Part shown: piece after piece, positions 46,564-55,530 of the stretch
Layout of the letters: each line of letters begins with the position of its first letter
Numbering within the stretch: the first letter of the stretch is position 1
Source: Elusimicrobiota bacterium
GTDB taxonomy: Bacteria; Elusimicrobiota; Elusimicrobia; UBA1565
Length of the DNA: 64,000 bases
NCBI GenBank assembly: GCA_016212885.1
Contig: JACRDO010000162.1
Coordinates: forward strand, 4,985 to 68,984
Direction of reading: 5' to 3'
Program-made: the position numbers and the translations under genes
Notes under the pieces: model-generated
The model's database searches: none
The model's input: the letters and a program-made list of their open reading frames with translations, nothing else
Told to the model about the DNA's origin: nothing

Positions 46564-48794
46564 GTTTGCTCCTGGTATTTTGCGTAGGCGCGCATCGCCC
46601 TGTCAGCTGCGCGGAAGACCGCCAGGCCCCTCTCGTGGGCCAGGCTGGCGTATTCGTCGTAAAGCGGGCCGGAGGCCGCGCAGAACAGGACGGGCTTGGC
46701 CGCGGCCTTCGCCAGCGGCCCGAGCCGCACGGGCAGAGACCGCTTGAGCCCTTCCTCCGGAAGGGTCTTCATCGCGGGCGTCAGGGGCACGGCGGAGACG
46801 ATTGCCGCGTCCACGCAGGCGGAGCTCAGCACCGCCTCGCAGACCTTGAGGATCGCCTCGTCGCTCGCCATCGGCGTAAGATCCAGCGGATTGCGGACAT
46901 CCACGATCCCGTCGAGCTTGAAATCGCGCAGGATGCGCTCGATGTTTCCCCGCAGGGCCGCGTCCGGGGCCGCCGTCTGGAGGAGCCCGGAGGGCAGGAT
47001 GTTGTCCGCCATCCCGGCGGTCTCGAAGCCCGCGTTGCTCAAGGCGAAGACCCTTGGGCCCTTGGGACGGCCCGCGCAGAAGCAGGCGAGCTGGGCGAGG
47101 TCGTTGAATTCGTCGAAGGTTTCGGCGACCAGCGCGCCCGCTCTCGACAGCACGGCCCGCGCGGCCGCGAAGTCCCCAGCGATGGAGGCCGTGTGGCTCA
47201 TGACGGCCTTTTGGCCGACTGGGGTCCTGCCCGCCTTGTAGACCACCACGGTCTTGCCGGCCTTGCGCGCCGCGCGGATGCTGCGCTCAAGCCGCAGCCC
47301 GTCGCCCGGCTTCAAGCCTTCCAGATAGGCCAGGATCACCTTGATGGAGTCCTCTTGGGCCGCAGCCTCGACGTAGTCGCAGACCGTGACGTCCATCTGG
47401 TTGCCGACCGAGACGCAGTAGGCGGGCTTGAGCCAGCCCATGCGGCTTATGACCGAGACGACGAAGGCGCCGCTCTGGCTGATGAAGGCCGTGCGCGCGA
47501 TGGCGGGGTTCTCCTTGGAAGGCATGGCGAGCTTGGCCTTGGGGATGAAGAACGTGTTGACCTTGGCCGGGGCCGAGACGATGCCGAGCGAGTTCCCTCC
47601 GCTGAGGGCGAAATCCGCGTTGAGCTCGCGGCCCTCGCGGATGACCGCGAGGACCTCGTCCTGGACTCCCTCGCTGCCGCTCTTCTCCCCCATGCCGCCG
47701 CTGATGAGGACGACTCCCCGGACTTTGCCGGAGGCCGCCGCCTCCCTCAGGACCCCCGGAACCTCCCCGGAGGGCACCGCCACCACGAACATGTCCACGG
47801 GCTCGGGGAAGGAGGCGCAGTCGCGCACGCAGCGGGCCCCCTCGATCTCGCCCTCGAGATCCTTCAGGACGAAGAGCCTCTTAGCGGGGAAGCCCGCCTC
47901 CACGACGTTGCGCAGGATGATCCTCCCCATGTTCATCTTCTTCTCGCTGACGCCCGCCACCGCGACCGTGGAGGGCTTAAGCAGGGCTAAGACCGCCTTG
48001 GCGCTCGGCGGATCGCGCCGCTCAGGGGCGGCTTGCCGGAATCTCAAGACTCCGTCCAGCGCGACGAGCCTCCCTCCGCTCACGGCGAGCGGGTTGGCCT
48101 CGACCTCGTCGATCATCCAGCGGGACTTCTCGCCGTCGAAATGTCCCAGGAGTTTCGCGAATCCTTCGAGCCATTTGAGCATGGCCTTGTCCTCGGCCAT
48201 GCGCTCGCCTCCCCGGACCCTGCCGGAGACGTACCGCCAGACCCAGGCGCGGTCCAGGAAGTCCTGCCAGGAGCCCGCTTCGCCGAGCAAGGCGATCGGC
48301 ATGATCGCGGGGGTGAGCCCGGGCTTGAGGCTTGCAGTCATCTGCTCCGTGTCGGTCCCCCCCAAGCCAAGGGCCATGAGCGGCCCGAAGCCCGCGTCGG
48401 AGCGCGCGCCCAGGAGCAGTTCCTGGCCCATCGAGAAGACCGCGTGCTCCACGAACTCGCAGACTAAAACGGCCTCCGCATCCGGGAAGGCGCGCTTGAA
48501 GGTGGCGAGCGCGACGCAGGCTTCGCGCTTGACGCAGACCCTCACCCCGCCGGACTCGGTCTTGTGCAGGACCTTGTGCGAGGAGACCTTCAGGACAACC
48601 TTGTCCCCGGGGAAGCCGGAGAGCAGTCGGTCCAGCTCAGTGTCCTTGAGCGGGATCCTATCCAGGGAGATGAGCGCCCGCTTCGGTGCGTCCAAGCCCA
48701 GCTTCTCGAAGACATCGTAGGCCTCGGCTTCCGTGAGGGATTTTCGCCCTTCCTTCCCGGCGCCCTCAAGCAGCAGCTCGATGTCTTCGAACAT
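46560..48794 (-). CDS. acetate/acyl--CoA ligase (ADP-forming) family protein (ATP-grasp then CoA-binding/ligase domains)
   Basis: N-terminal ATP-grasp-like region, then a CoA-binding flavodoxin-like plus succinyl-CoA-synthetase-like region. The start was chosen at MFEDIELL (ATG 48794) to avoid a 49-nt overlap with the next gene; the track ORF extends to 48857. Confidence 0.65.
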   Translation of the reverse strand: MFEDIELLLEGAGKEGRKSLTEAEAYDVFEKLGLDAPKRALISLDRIPLKDTELDRLLSGFPGDKVVLKVSSHKVLHKTESGGVRVCVKREACVALATFKRAFPDAEAVLVCEFVEHAVFSMGQELLLGARSDAGFGPLMALGLGGTDTEQMTASLKPGLTPAIMPIALLGEAGSWQDFLDRAWVWRYVSGRVRGGERMAEDKAMLKWLEGFAKLLGHFDGEKSRWMIDEVEANPLAVSGGRLVALDGVLRFRQAAPERRDPPSAKAVLALLKPSTVAVAGVSEKKMNMGRIILRNVVEAGFPAKRLFVLKDLEGEIEGARCVRDCASFPEPVDMFVVAVPSGEVPGVLREAAASGKVRGVVLISGGMGEKSGSEGVQDEVLAVIREGRELNADFALSGGNSLGIVSAPAKVNTFFIPKAKLAMPSKENPAIARTAFISQSGAFVVSVISRMGWLKPAYCVSVGNQMDVTVCDYVEAAAQEDSIKVILAYLEGLKPGDGLRLERSIRAARKAGKTVVVYKAGRTPVGQKAVMSHTASIAGDFAAARAVLSRAGALVAETFDEFNDLAQLACFCAGRPKGPRVFALSNAGFETAGMADNILPSGLLQTAAPDAALRGNIERILRDFKLDGIVDVRNPLDLTPMASDEAILKVCEAVLSSACVDAAIVSAVPLTPAMKTLPEEGLKRSLPVRLGPLAKAAAKPVLFCAASGPLYDEYASLAHERGLAVFRAADRAMRAYAKYQEQT

Positions 48795-48808
48795 TTGGGG
48801 AGCGTATT

Positions 48809-50200
48809 CTACCAAGAAACCCCATTGATGTACCGTGCAAAGCGCCGGACCACCCAAGGGTGGATGAGCGCCTGCGTCAGGTTGTACGCGGGCCAGGGCA
48901 TCGCGGGGCGGTAATCGTGTATGGCCACCAGGAGGCAGGAGCCTCCCAGCGCCTCACGGAACTCGAGGCGCGCGCGCCGCGTCTGCCTCCGGTCGGTCCT
49001 CGTCAGAAGGCCGCGGGTGATGTAGAAGACCTGGCGGTCCGAGGCTTCGCTGCGCTCCTGGGCGAAGAGGTGCTCCAGCAGGAGCACGCGGGGGAAGCGG
49101 AGATATATGCGGACGTTCTTGCCGGGGTCCCTCTCGGCCGCGATGAGGGCCTTAAACAGGCGCGGGAGCCAGTCGCTGTACTGCTCCGCGGCCCAGCGCG
49201 CGGTCTTGCCGGGGGGGAGCGGGATCCTTTGCACGGAGCGGACGTTGTGCTGGGGCCTAGCGTTGCGGCGCCGTGGTGGGAGGTGTTCCTCGGCTCTCTC
49301 CTCGTCCAGGGCTTTCATGACCGCGGCATCGAAGCCAAGGCCCGGGACCCCAGCCTCTTCATGAAGACGCCTCTCTTTCGCCACCATAGGGGATCTCATG
49401 CTCTCCAGCAGCGGCGCCACAAGCTCCATGGGGGCTCCGGTGACGAGCGAGATCCAATGGCGGCACCAGAAGGCGCCCTTGAAGGGCAGGTCCACGAACC
49501 TGCGCCTGAGGCCCAGGAGCCCCGCCGCGCGCTCGAGCATCTGCCGGTAGGAGAGGACCTCGGGGCAGCCGACGTCGAAATGCCGGTTCTCGCAGGAGGG
49601 ATGGTCGAGGCAGTAGGCGAGCAGGGCGAGGATGTCGGAGAGGGCGATGGGCTGGGACGGGGTCCGCGCCCAGGGAGGGCAGGGGATGAGGGCCAGGCGC
49701 CGGACGATCCGCATGAGCATCCCGAAGGACGAGCCGCCCGCTCCCACGATGAGCCCGGCGCGGAGCGCGGTGACCGGGACCTCGCGGGAGCCGAGGGTGC
49801 GCTCGACCTCCAGGCGGCTCCGGAGGTGGTCAGAAAGATCGGGGATGTCGGGGACCAGGCCGCCGAGATAGACGATCTGCTTCACTCGCGCCTGCGCCGC
49901 GGCCCGGGCGAAGTTGTCGGCCATGATGAGGTCCATGTCCTGGAAGGAGCCTTGCGTGAGGTGCGCGGAGGGGAGCATGGAGTGGACCAGATAGAAGGCA
50001 GAGTCGGCGCACTCCAAGGCCTTTTCGCACTGGAGGAGGGAGAAGAGGTCGCAGCTGCGCCATTCGATCCCGTCGTAGGGCGGGGGGGATTCCGGCCCGC
50101 GGGTCAGTCCGACGATTCTCCAGCGGTTCCGTAGGCGCTCGGCCAAGGCCCGGCCCACAAAGCCAGTCGCGCCGGCGATGACGACGGTGGGTGGGGCCAT
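48809..50200 (-). CDS. NAD(P)-binding (SDR/epimerase-like) protein with C-terminal DUF2867-like domain
   Basis: N-terminal IAGATGFVGRAL Rossmann motif. 463 aa. Confidence 0.6.
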   Translation of the reverse strand: MAPPTVVIAGATGFVGRALAERLRNRWRIVGLTRGPESPPPYDGIEWRSCDLFSLLQCEKALECADSAFYLVHSMLPSAHLTQGSFQDMDLIMADNFARAAAQARVKQIVYLGGLVPDIPDLSDHLRSRLEVERTLGSREVPVTALRAGLIVGAGGSSFGMLMRIVRRLALIPCPPWARTPSQPIALSDILALLAYCLDHPSCENRHFDVGCPEVLSYRQMLERAAGLLGLRRRFVDLPFKGAFWCRHWISLVTGAPMELVAPLLESMRSPMVAKERRLHEEAGVPGLGFDAAVMKALDEERAEEHLPPRRRNARPQHNVRSVQRIPLPPGKTARWAAEQYSDWLPRLFKALIAAERDPGKNVRIYLRFPRVLLLEHLFAQERSEASDRQVFYITRGLLTRTDRRQTRRARLEFREALGGSCLLVAIHDYRPAMPWPAYNLTQALIHPWVVRRFARYINGVSW

Positions 50201-50323
50201 GATTGCGGTAGTCTAGCCAGGAGGGCGGGGAAGGTCAAGAGAAGGAATCGCGCCTTATCAGAGGTTCCGGAGTTGCCCTTCGCAGATGGCTGGGCCTGGT
50301 AACTCTCCAAAAAGGGATATGCA

Positions 50324-50572
50324 CTACTTGAGCTTCAACTCGCTACCATCCCCAAACTTGAGGTACTGAATCTCTGAGGTCATTCGGAGCTTTTCCTGTG
50401 GGGCCGAAAAAAGCCACATCGCATCTTTGTCAATCATGCTGACGTTCTGTTGCCATGAGATGGTTGCTGTTTTCCCAGACGGTATCGGTTTCGGCGAACC
50501 TGCCGTGTTTATGACCGACAACACTTTCCCATCCCCGGATTTGATGGATAATTGACTCAGCTTCCAGTTCAT
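50324..50572 (-). pseudogene. possible frameshifted 3' continuation of the upstream hypothetical gene
   Basis: An 82-codon ORF overlaps the last 143 nt of the 50430..51665 CDS in another frame. Both frames read as plausible protein. Confidence 0.25.
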
Positions 50573-51665
50573 TAACCTGCTTCATCAGGTCGGGGAAGTT
50601 GGAGATTTCGGCAATTTGCCGGTAGTCACCCTTGTCCCGCATCTTTAGATCTAACACCAGGGTCTTGTCATAATCCTCGCGATAGAACCCCAGTCCGACG
50701 TAAGCGATCTTGCCTTCTTTTTTGACGTACTGGACACCCTTGAACCCATTTTTTCCACCGGCGATGTTGCCGTACACTTCCCTAATAGGAATTGAGGGTG
50801 GTTGGCCTTGGGAAGCCTTCTCGGCATTTTCAAATTCGCCATTTTCGATGTAACGTTCAATCTGTTCTTTCGCGTTCTCTACCATGCGGGGCTTTATCAT
50901 CCCTACGAAACCTTTGGCAAGAGCCGCTCCGATCTGCCCCCAGACGCTGGTCGCCTGATCAGCATTCCGCGTCGTTTGCTCCATGATTTGATCCATGAAT
51001 CTGCTGATCAATCCATCGACATCGGCATATTTCTCGAACGTTGTAATATCGTGCTGTTTGATGGCCTTCACCGTTACCCACAAAGAGTACTGGGGGCTTC
51101 TTGTGTAATTCCAGTACCAAATACCCGCCACCGCTATACCGATCACGATTGGAATCGCAAAAATCAGACCCGTCTTCGTCCTTGGGCCGATGCTTCGCAT
51201 TCCGCTATCATCGAGGAATGAGTTCTCTTTGAGATCGCTTCGTTTACGTGCCAGCAAAGCAATCATGGCGATAGCAATCGCGAATAGCCCTCCAAGCACC
51301 CCAGCGATAATTCCAAAGTGGTGCGCGCTTTTCGAACTGTCACTTTGTTGCGCGCGTGGTACTGACTTCCCTTTAGCCGTTACCTCTGGAAGCCGGAGAT
51401 CCACGCCAAGCGGAGCGGCAAATGGTATGAGCCTGGGCACCGTGTTTCTGACGAGATCTTCCTCGGGAGCCAGTCGAAGAGCTTCCTTGGCATCGGAAAC
51501 TGCCTCTACAATGTGGTTCTGCATCAGCCTCATGAGTGCGCGTCCGACCAGTGCCCCTGCTCGTTCAACTGGTCCTGACGCCACGTCTAGCGCGCGGGTC
51601 CATGCACTTTCCGCATCCCGGTGCAACTTGACGTCCTGAAGCACCAAGGCCAACTTCAATTGCAC
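50430..51665 (-). CDS. hypothetical membrane protein (helical/TPR-like N-terminus, 2 TM helices) in a low-GC island
   Basis: GC about 48%. TM helices HHFGIIAGVLGGLFAIAIAMIALL and GLIFAIPIVIGIAVAGIWYW. The C-terminus continues out of frame into ORF 50324..50572. Confidence 0.45.
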   Translation of the reverse strand: MQLKLALVLQDVKLHRDAESAWTRALDVASGPVERAGALVGRALMRLMQNHIVEAVSDAKEALRLAPEEDLVRNTVPRLIPFAAPLGVDLRLPEVTAKGKSVPRAQQSDSSKSAHHFGIIAGVLGGLFAIAIAMIALLARKRSDLKENSFLDDSGMRSIGPRTKTGLIFAIPIVIGIAVAGIWYWNYTRSPQYSLWVTVKAIKQHDITTFEKYADVDGLISRFMDQIMEQTTRNADQATSVWGQIGAALAKGFVGMIKPRMVENAKEQIERYIENGEFENAEKASQGQPPSIPIREVYGNIAGGKNGFKGVQYVKKEGKIAYVGLGFYREDYDKTLVLDLKMRDKGDYRQIAEISNFPDLMKQVNELEAESIIHQIRGWESVVGHKHGRFAETDTVWENSNHLMATERQHD

Positions 51666-51714
51666 CGAATAATCGCTGGGCCATCGCTTAGCCGTTTCTT
51701 GGGCTTCTCAGAAA

Positions 51715-51764
51715 TATACGCTGGGGCGTATAAAACACCCCGACTTTATACGGCTGGGCGTATA
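51715..51764. promoter_or_regulatory. two copies of an inverted-repeat operator-like motif TATACG-N6-CGTATA (51715-51732, 51747-51764)
   Basis: Seen directly in the sequence. Centre-to-centre spacing is 32 nt. Located in the promoter region of the minus-strand gene starting at 51665 and just downstream of the RelE toxin gene. Confidence 0.4.
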
Positions 51765-51855
51765 TTTTGGGAAGCGGTTCGCGGAGCGCCTATAGAGAGC
51801 CCACGTAAAATGGGGGGCGCAAGGGGTGGCGAGGGGTGGCGAGAGAGAGGTTGCC

Positions 51856-52176
51856 TCAAGTCGCCAGCAAGCCCATCCGGATGAGCTTTTTGGCCAGTTC
51901 GTAGATGTCCCGGCGGTCGCCTTCTTCGCGGACGCCCACCGCGAGGATGATCACGGTGACGATCCTCCGGTTGACGGTGTAGATGATGCGGTAGCGCTGC
52001 CCGGCGGCCCTCAGGCTGCGCAGGCCTGAGAGTTCGCCGATCAGGGGTTTCCCCTGCAGCTCGGGATTATGGGCGAGGCCGTCGATGCGCTTGGCGATCT
52101 GTTCGCGGATGCGGCGGTCCGTGATGGCTGCGAGCATGCGCGCGGCGGCGGGCGTGCTGCGGACGGAGCAGGTCAC
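51856..52176 (-). CDS. relE: type II toxin, RelE/ParE family
   Basis: YRIIYTVNRRIVTVIILAVGVRE... pattern. ATGA overlap with the upstream antitoxin. Confidence 0.7.
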   Translation of the reverse strand: MTCSVRSTPAAARMLAAITDRRIREQIAKRIDGLAHNPELQGKPLIGELSGLRSLRAAGQRYRIIYTVNRRIVTVIILAVGVREEGDRRDIYELAKKLIRMGLLAT

Positions 52177-52439
52177 AGGCCGACATTCCGCTTGGCTTGG
52201 TCCCAGGGAATCGTTTTGCCGCGCCGCAGCTCGTCGACGCTTCGGCGCAGTTGAGACATCAAGCCGGGGTCTGAGAGGATCTCCATGGTTTCCATGATGC
52301 TTTCATACAGCTCGTAGGGGAGGATGGCCAGCACCGCTTTGCCGCGGTGCGTCACTTCAGCCACGTGCGGGCCGCCCTGCGCGAGCTCCTTCGGCATGGC
52401 TAAGAGCTTGTTGCGCGCCTGGGTGATGTTGATGGTCAT
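52173..52439 (-). CDS. type II antitoxin, Phd/YefM family
   Basis: 88 aa (MTINITQARNKLLAM...GKAVLAILPYELYESIMETMEILSD) with the canonical Phd/YefM N-terminus. Confidence 0.7.
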   Translation of the reverse strand: MTINITQARNKLLAMPKELAQGGPHVAEVTHRGKAVLAILPYELYESIMETMEILSDPGLMSQLRRSVDELRRGKTIPWDQAKRNVGL

Positions 52440-52526
52440 GGCGCCTCCGCCGGCGATTACTGGATAATGTACATGATAGTGTACATGTCGATGCCCATTG
52501 CGTCAAGGGGGGAGTCGCGAGACGGA

Positions 52527-53450
52527 TCAGCCGGCCGACTTTTTGCGGCGCTTCGCCCGGTACATCCGGCTGTCGGCCCGGCGGAGGAGGTCGTTGAGGG
52601 AGTCCGAGGGCCTGAGCGCGGCGGCGCCGATGCTCAGGCCGACGAGCTTGGCGAAGGGCTTCTTGGCCGCGGCCGCGGCGATGCGCTCGGCCACGGAGCG
52701 GGCCGTCTTCTCGCCGAGGCCCGGGAGGATGACCACGAACTCGTCTCCGCCGTAGCGGAAGGCCATGTCCACGTCGCCCCGGATGCAGGAGCGGATGGCG
52801 CGGGCCGTTCCCTGGAGGATGCGGTCGCCCTCCAGGTGGCCCCAGAGGTCGTTGGCCCGCTTGAAATGATCGAGATCGATGACGAGCAGGGAGAACTTCT
52901 CCCCCTGCCGCTTCGCCCGGCGGAGCTCGGCGCCGGCGACCTCGTGGAAGTGACGCTGGTTGTAGAGCCCCGTCAGATCGTCGGTGATGGACAGCTCGCG
53001 CAGGCGCTCTTCGAGCTCGATGCGGCGGCTGATGTCCTTGGAGATGGCCAGAGTCCCGATGATGGTCCCACTGCGGTCCTTGAGCAGGGCGGCCGACATG
53101 CTGACGCGGACCTTGCTCTTGTCCGCCCTCAGCAGGACGGTCTCGTGCTCCGCGAGGCTCCCCTGCGCCAGCAGGTGCCGGTGGATGCGGCTCGCCTCCA
53201 GGCGGCCTCCGGCGAAGAAGCCGGCGGCGCTCTGGGCGAAGGCCTCGCGCAGGCTGCGGCCGAGCATCTTCTCGGCGCCTGGGCTGAAGTAGATGATGCG
53301 GCCGGAGAGGTCGGTCGTCCAGATGGCGTCCGAGGTCGAGGCGACGATAGCCTCCAGGTACTCCTTCGCGCGGATGAACTCGGTCGAAAGGTAGATGAGC
53401 GGGGCGCTGTCGTCCCGGATCGGGGTGTAAAGCTGGGAGGTTTGGCGCAT
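52527..53450 (-). CDS. PAS-domain diguanylate cyclase (GGDEF)
   Basis: N-terminal PAS. C-terminal GGDEF domain with RYGGDEF. Confidence 0.85.
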   Translation of the reverse strand: MRQTSQLYTPIRDDSAPLIYLSTEFIRAKEYLEAIVASTSDAIWTTDLSGRIIYFSPGAEKMLGRSLREAFAQSAAGFFAGGRLEASRIHRHLLAQGSLAEHETVLLRADKSKVRVSMSAALLKDRSGTIIGTLAISKDISRRIELEERLRELSITDDLTGLYNQRHFHEVAGAELRRAKRQGEKFSLLVIDLDHFKRANDLWGHLEGDRILQGTARAIRSCIRGDVDMAFRYGGDEFVVILPGLGEKTARSVAERIAAAAAKKPFAKLVGLSIGAAALRPSDSLNDLLRRADSRMYRAKRRKKSAG

Positions 53451-53529
53451 GGGCCTTCGCCCATAGGATAGAACCCTCCCCGTCGGCGGGCCAGGGGCAA
53501 AGGCCTACCGGGTCCTTGGGCCTAAAGGC

Positions 53530-54768
53530 CTACCTAATCTTCTCGAACCGGGGGACAGAAATCGTGAATCGCGACCCCTTTCCCGGGCCGTCGCTCGCGG
53601 CTTCGATGTAGCCGCTGTGGTTGTGGAGGATGCGCTGGGCCGCACAGAGCCCCAGGCCGCTGCCGCTCCTGTTCTTGGTGGTGAAGAACGGCTCGAACAG
53701 CCGCCTCTGGGCCTTCGCGCCGAAGCCGCCGCCGGTGTCGGCGACGATCAGCTCGAAGAAGTCCAGCGCCTCTCCCGGTAACGACCACCAGGCCCGCTTG
53801 CCGACGGCCCGCAGGCGCAGCTCCAGGCGGCCGCCCTTGGGCATGGCTTCCACGGCGTTCTGGAGGATCGAGAAGACGGCCTCGTGGAGGAGCGAGTGGT
53901 CGCCGATGATCTGCGCCGGCCTGCCGAGGCCCTTCAGGCGCAGGCGGATCTTGTGGCGGATCAGCTGCGGGCGCGCGCTGTCGATCGCGGAGCGCACCGG
54001 CTCGCGCAGGTCCAGCTGCTGGAAGACCGTCTCCTCGATGCGGCCGATGCGGAGCAGCTTCTTGAGGATCTCGCGGCAGCGGAGCGCCTCCGAGCAGATA
54101 TCCCCCAGCTCCGACTGCAGCGCCCGCGCGCCGTGGCGTCTCTGAAGGACCTCGGCGGTGACGAGGATGGAGGTCAAGGGGCCCTTGATGCGGTGGGCCA
54201 CCTCGGCCGCCATCTGGCCCAGCGACGCCAGCTTCTCCATCTGAAGGAGCTGGCCTTGGAACGCCCGCTCGCTCTCTCTGCGGATCTGCTGGGCGTCCTG
54301 CGAGAGGAGGGCCGCGAGGAAAGCCATGACCCAAAGGAACGGCAGGCGCAGCCAGAAGGCGGGATCGCGCGCAAGCCCCTGGGCCGGGGTCCAGGACGAG
54401 AAGACGTAGAAGACGGATGCGGCGACGGCCACGAGGAAGCACTGCGCGAGCTTCCGGCTCAGGGCGGCGCCCAGGATGATCATGAAGTACGTCAGGTAGA
54501 GATCGGACTGCGGGTTCTGCGTCCAGTAGAGCGTCAAGGAGGCGAGGACCGCGTCGCCGAGCAGCAGGCCGCTCTGGATAGGCATCTCGGCCAGGCGCTT
54601 GGCCGGAAGGCCGCGCAGAAGGGCTAGAGCTCCGAGCAGGGTTCCGGTGAGGAAGAAGAATTTCAAAGCCCAGTTTTCAACATCGGTCCTCTGAAAGAGG
54701 AAGAACAGCAGGAGGATCACCGTCAGCAGGCCCTGGAAAGCCAGGTAGGCCTGCCGCCGATCAGGCAT
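53530..54768 (-). CDS. membrane sensor histidine kinase
   Basis: TM N-terminus. H-box (AHRIKGPL). HATPase_c G-boxes (ADTGGGF, GSGLGL). Confidence 0.8.
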   Translation of the reverse strand: MPDRRQAYLAFQGLLTVILLLFFLFQRTDVENWALKFFFLTGTLLGALALLRGLPAKRLAEMPIQSGLLLGDAVLASLTLYWTQNPQSDLYLTYFMIILGAALSRKLAQCFLVAVAASVFYVFSSWTPAQGLARDPAFWLRLPFLWVMAFLAALLSQDAQQIRRESERAFQGQLLQMEKLASLGQMAAEVAHRIKGPLTSILVTAEVLQRRHGARALQSELGDICSEALRCREILKKLLRIGRIEETVFQQLDLREPVRSAIDSARPQLIRHKIRLRLKGLGRPAQIIGDHSLLHEAVFSILQNAVEAMPKGGRLELRLRAVGKRAWWSLPGEALDFFELIVADTGGGFGAKAQRRLFEPFFTTKNRSGSGLGLCAAQRILHNHSGYIEAASDGPGKGSRFTISVPRFEKIR

Positions 54769-55456
54769 CCGGAGCGGCGAAGCGGTAGCCGCGCTTGGGG
54801 ATCGTCTCGATGAGCGCGGCGCCGGAGCCCAGCTTCCTGCGGATGTTCTTGATGTGCGTATCCACGCTGCGGGTCGGGACCGCCATGCCGTAGGTCGAGG
54901 CGTTCTCGATGAGGTAGGTCCGCGTCAGCACGCGGCCGGGCTGGGAGGCCAGGAGCCTGAGGACCTCGAATTCGCGCGGCTGGAGCTTCAGAGCCTTCCC
55001 CTTGTAAGCGGCTTCTCCGCTCGCGGGATCCAGCCTGAGCCCGGCGACCGTAAAGGCGTCCGTCTTGGAAGCCGCCGGATGTCGGCTGAAGCGCCGGAGG
55101 ACGGCCTGAATGCGGGCGAGCAGCTCCATGGCTCCGAAAGGCTTGGTGACGTAGTCGTCGGCGCCAAGCGACAGCCCGAGGACCTTGTCCCCTTCGCTGG
55201 AGAGCCCGGTCAAAAGGATGACGGGGACCGAGGCCGTGGCCGGGTCTTCCTTCAGGGACTTCAGGATGAGCCGGCCGTCCGTGCCGGGCATGAGGATGTC
55301 AAGGAGGATGATGTCCGGCTTCTGCGCCTGGACCGCGGCGAGGGCCTTCTCCGGTTGGGGGAGATGGATCAGCTCGTACGCCTTGTCCAGGGTCAGGGTT
55401 TTGCGGACCGAGGAGACGATGGCCGGGTCGTCTTCGATGATCAGGATTCTCGGCAT
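54761..55456 (-). CDS. OmpR/PhoB-type response regulator
   Basis: Receiver domain (ILIIEDD, DIILLDILMPG). Winged-helix trans_reg_C C-terminus. Confidence 0.85.
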   Translation of the reverse strand: MPRILIIEDDPAIVSSVRKTLTLDKAYELIHLPQPEKALAAVQAQKPDIILLDILMPGTDGRLILKSLKEDPATASVPVILLTGLSSEGDKVLGLSLGADDYVTKPFGAMELLARIQAVLRRFSRHPAASKTDAFTVAGLRLDPASGEAAYKGKALKLQPREFEVLRLLASQPGRVLTRTYLIENASTYGMAVPTRSVDTHIKNIRRKLGSGAALIETIPKRGYRFAAPDA

Positions 55457-55530
55457 GGACCTGGGACAGCGGAGATTATAAAGAATTCACAACTTCCCCA
55501 CAATGCGAACACGCATAATCCATCGTCCTC

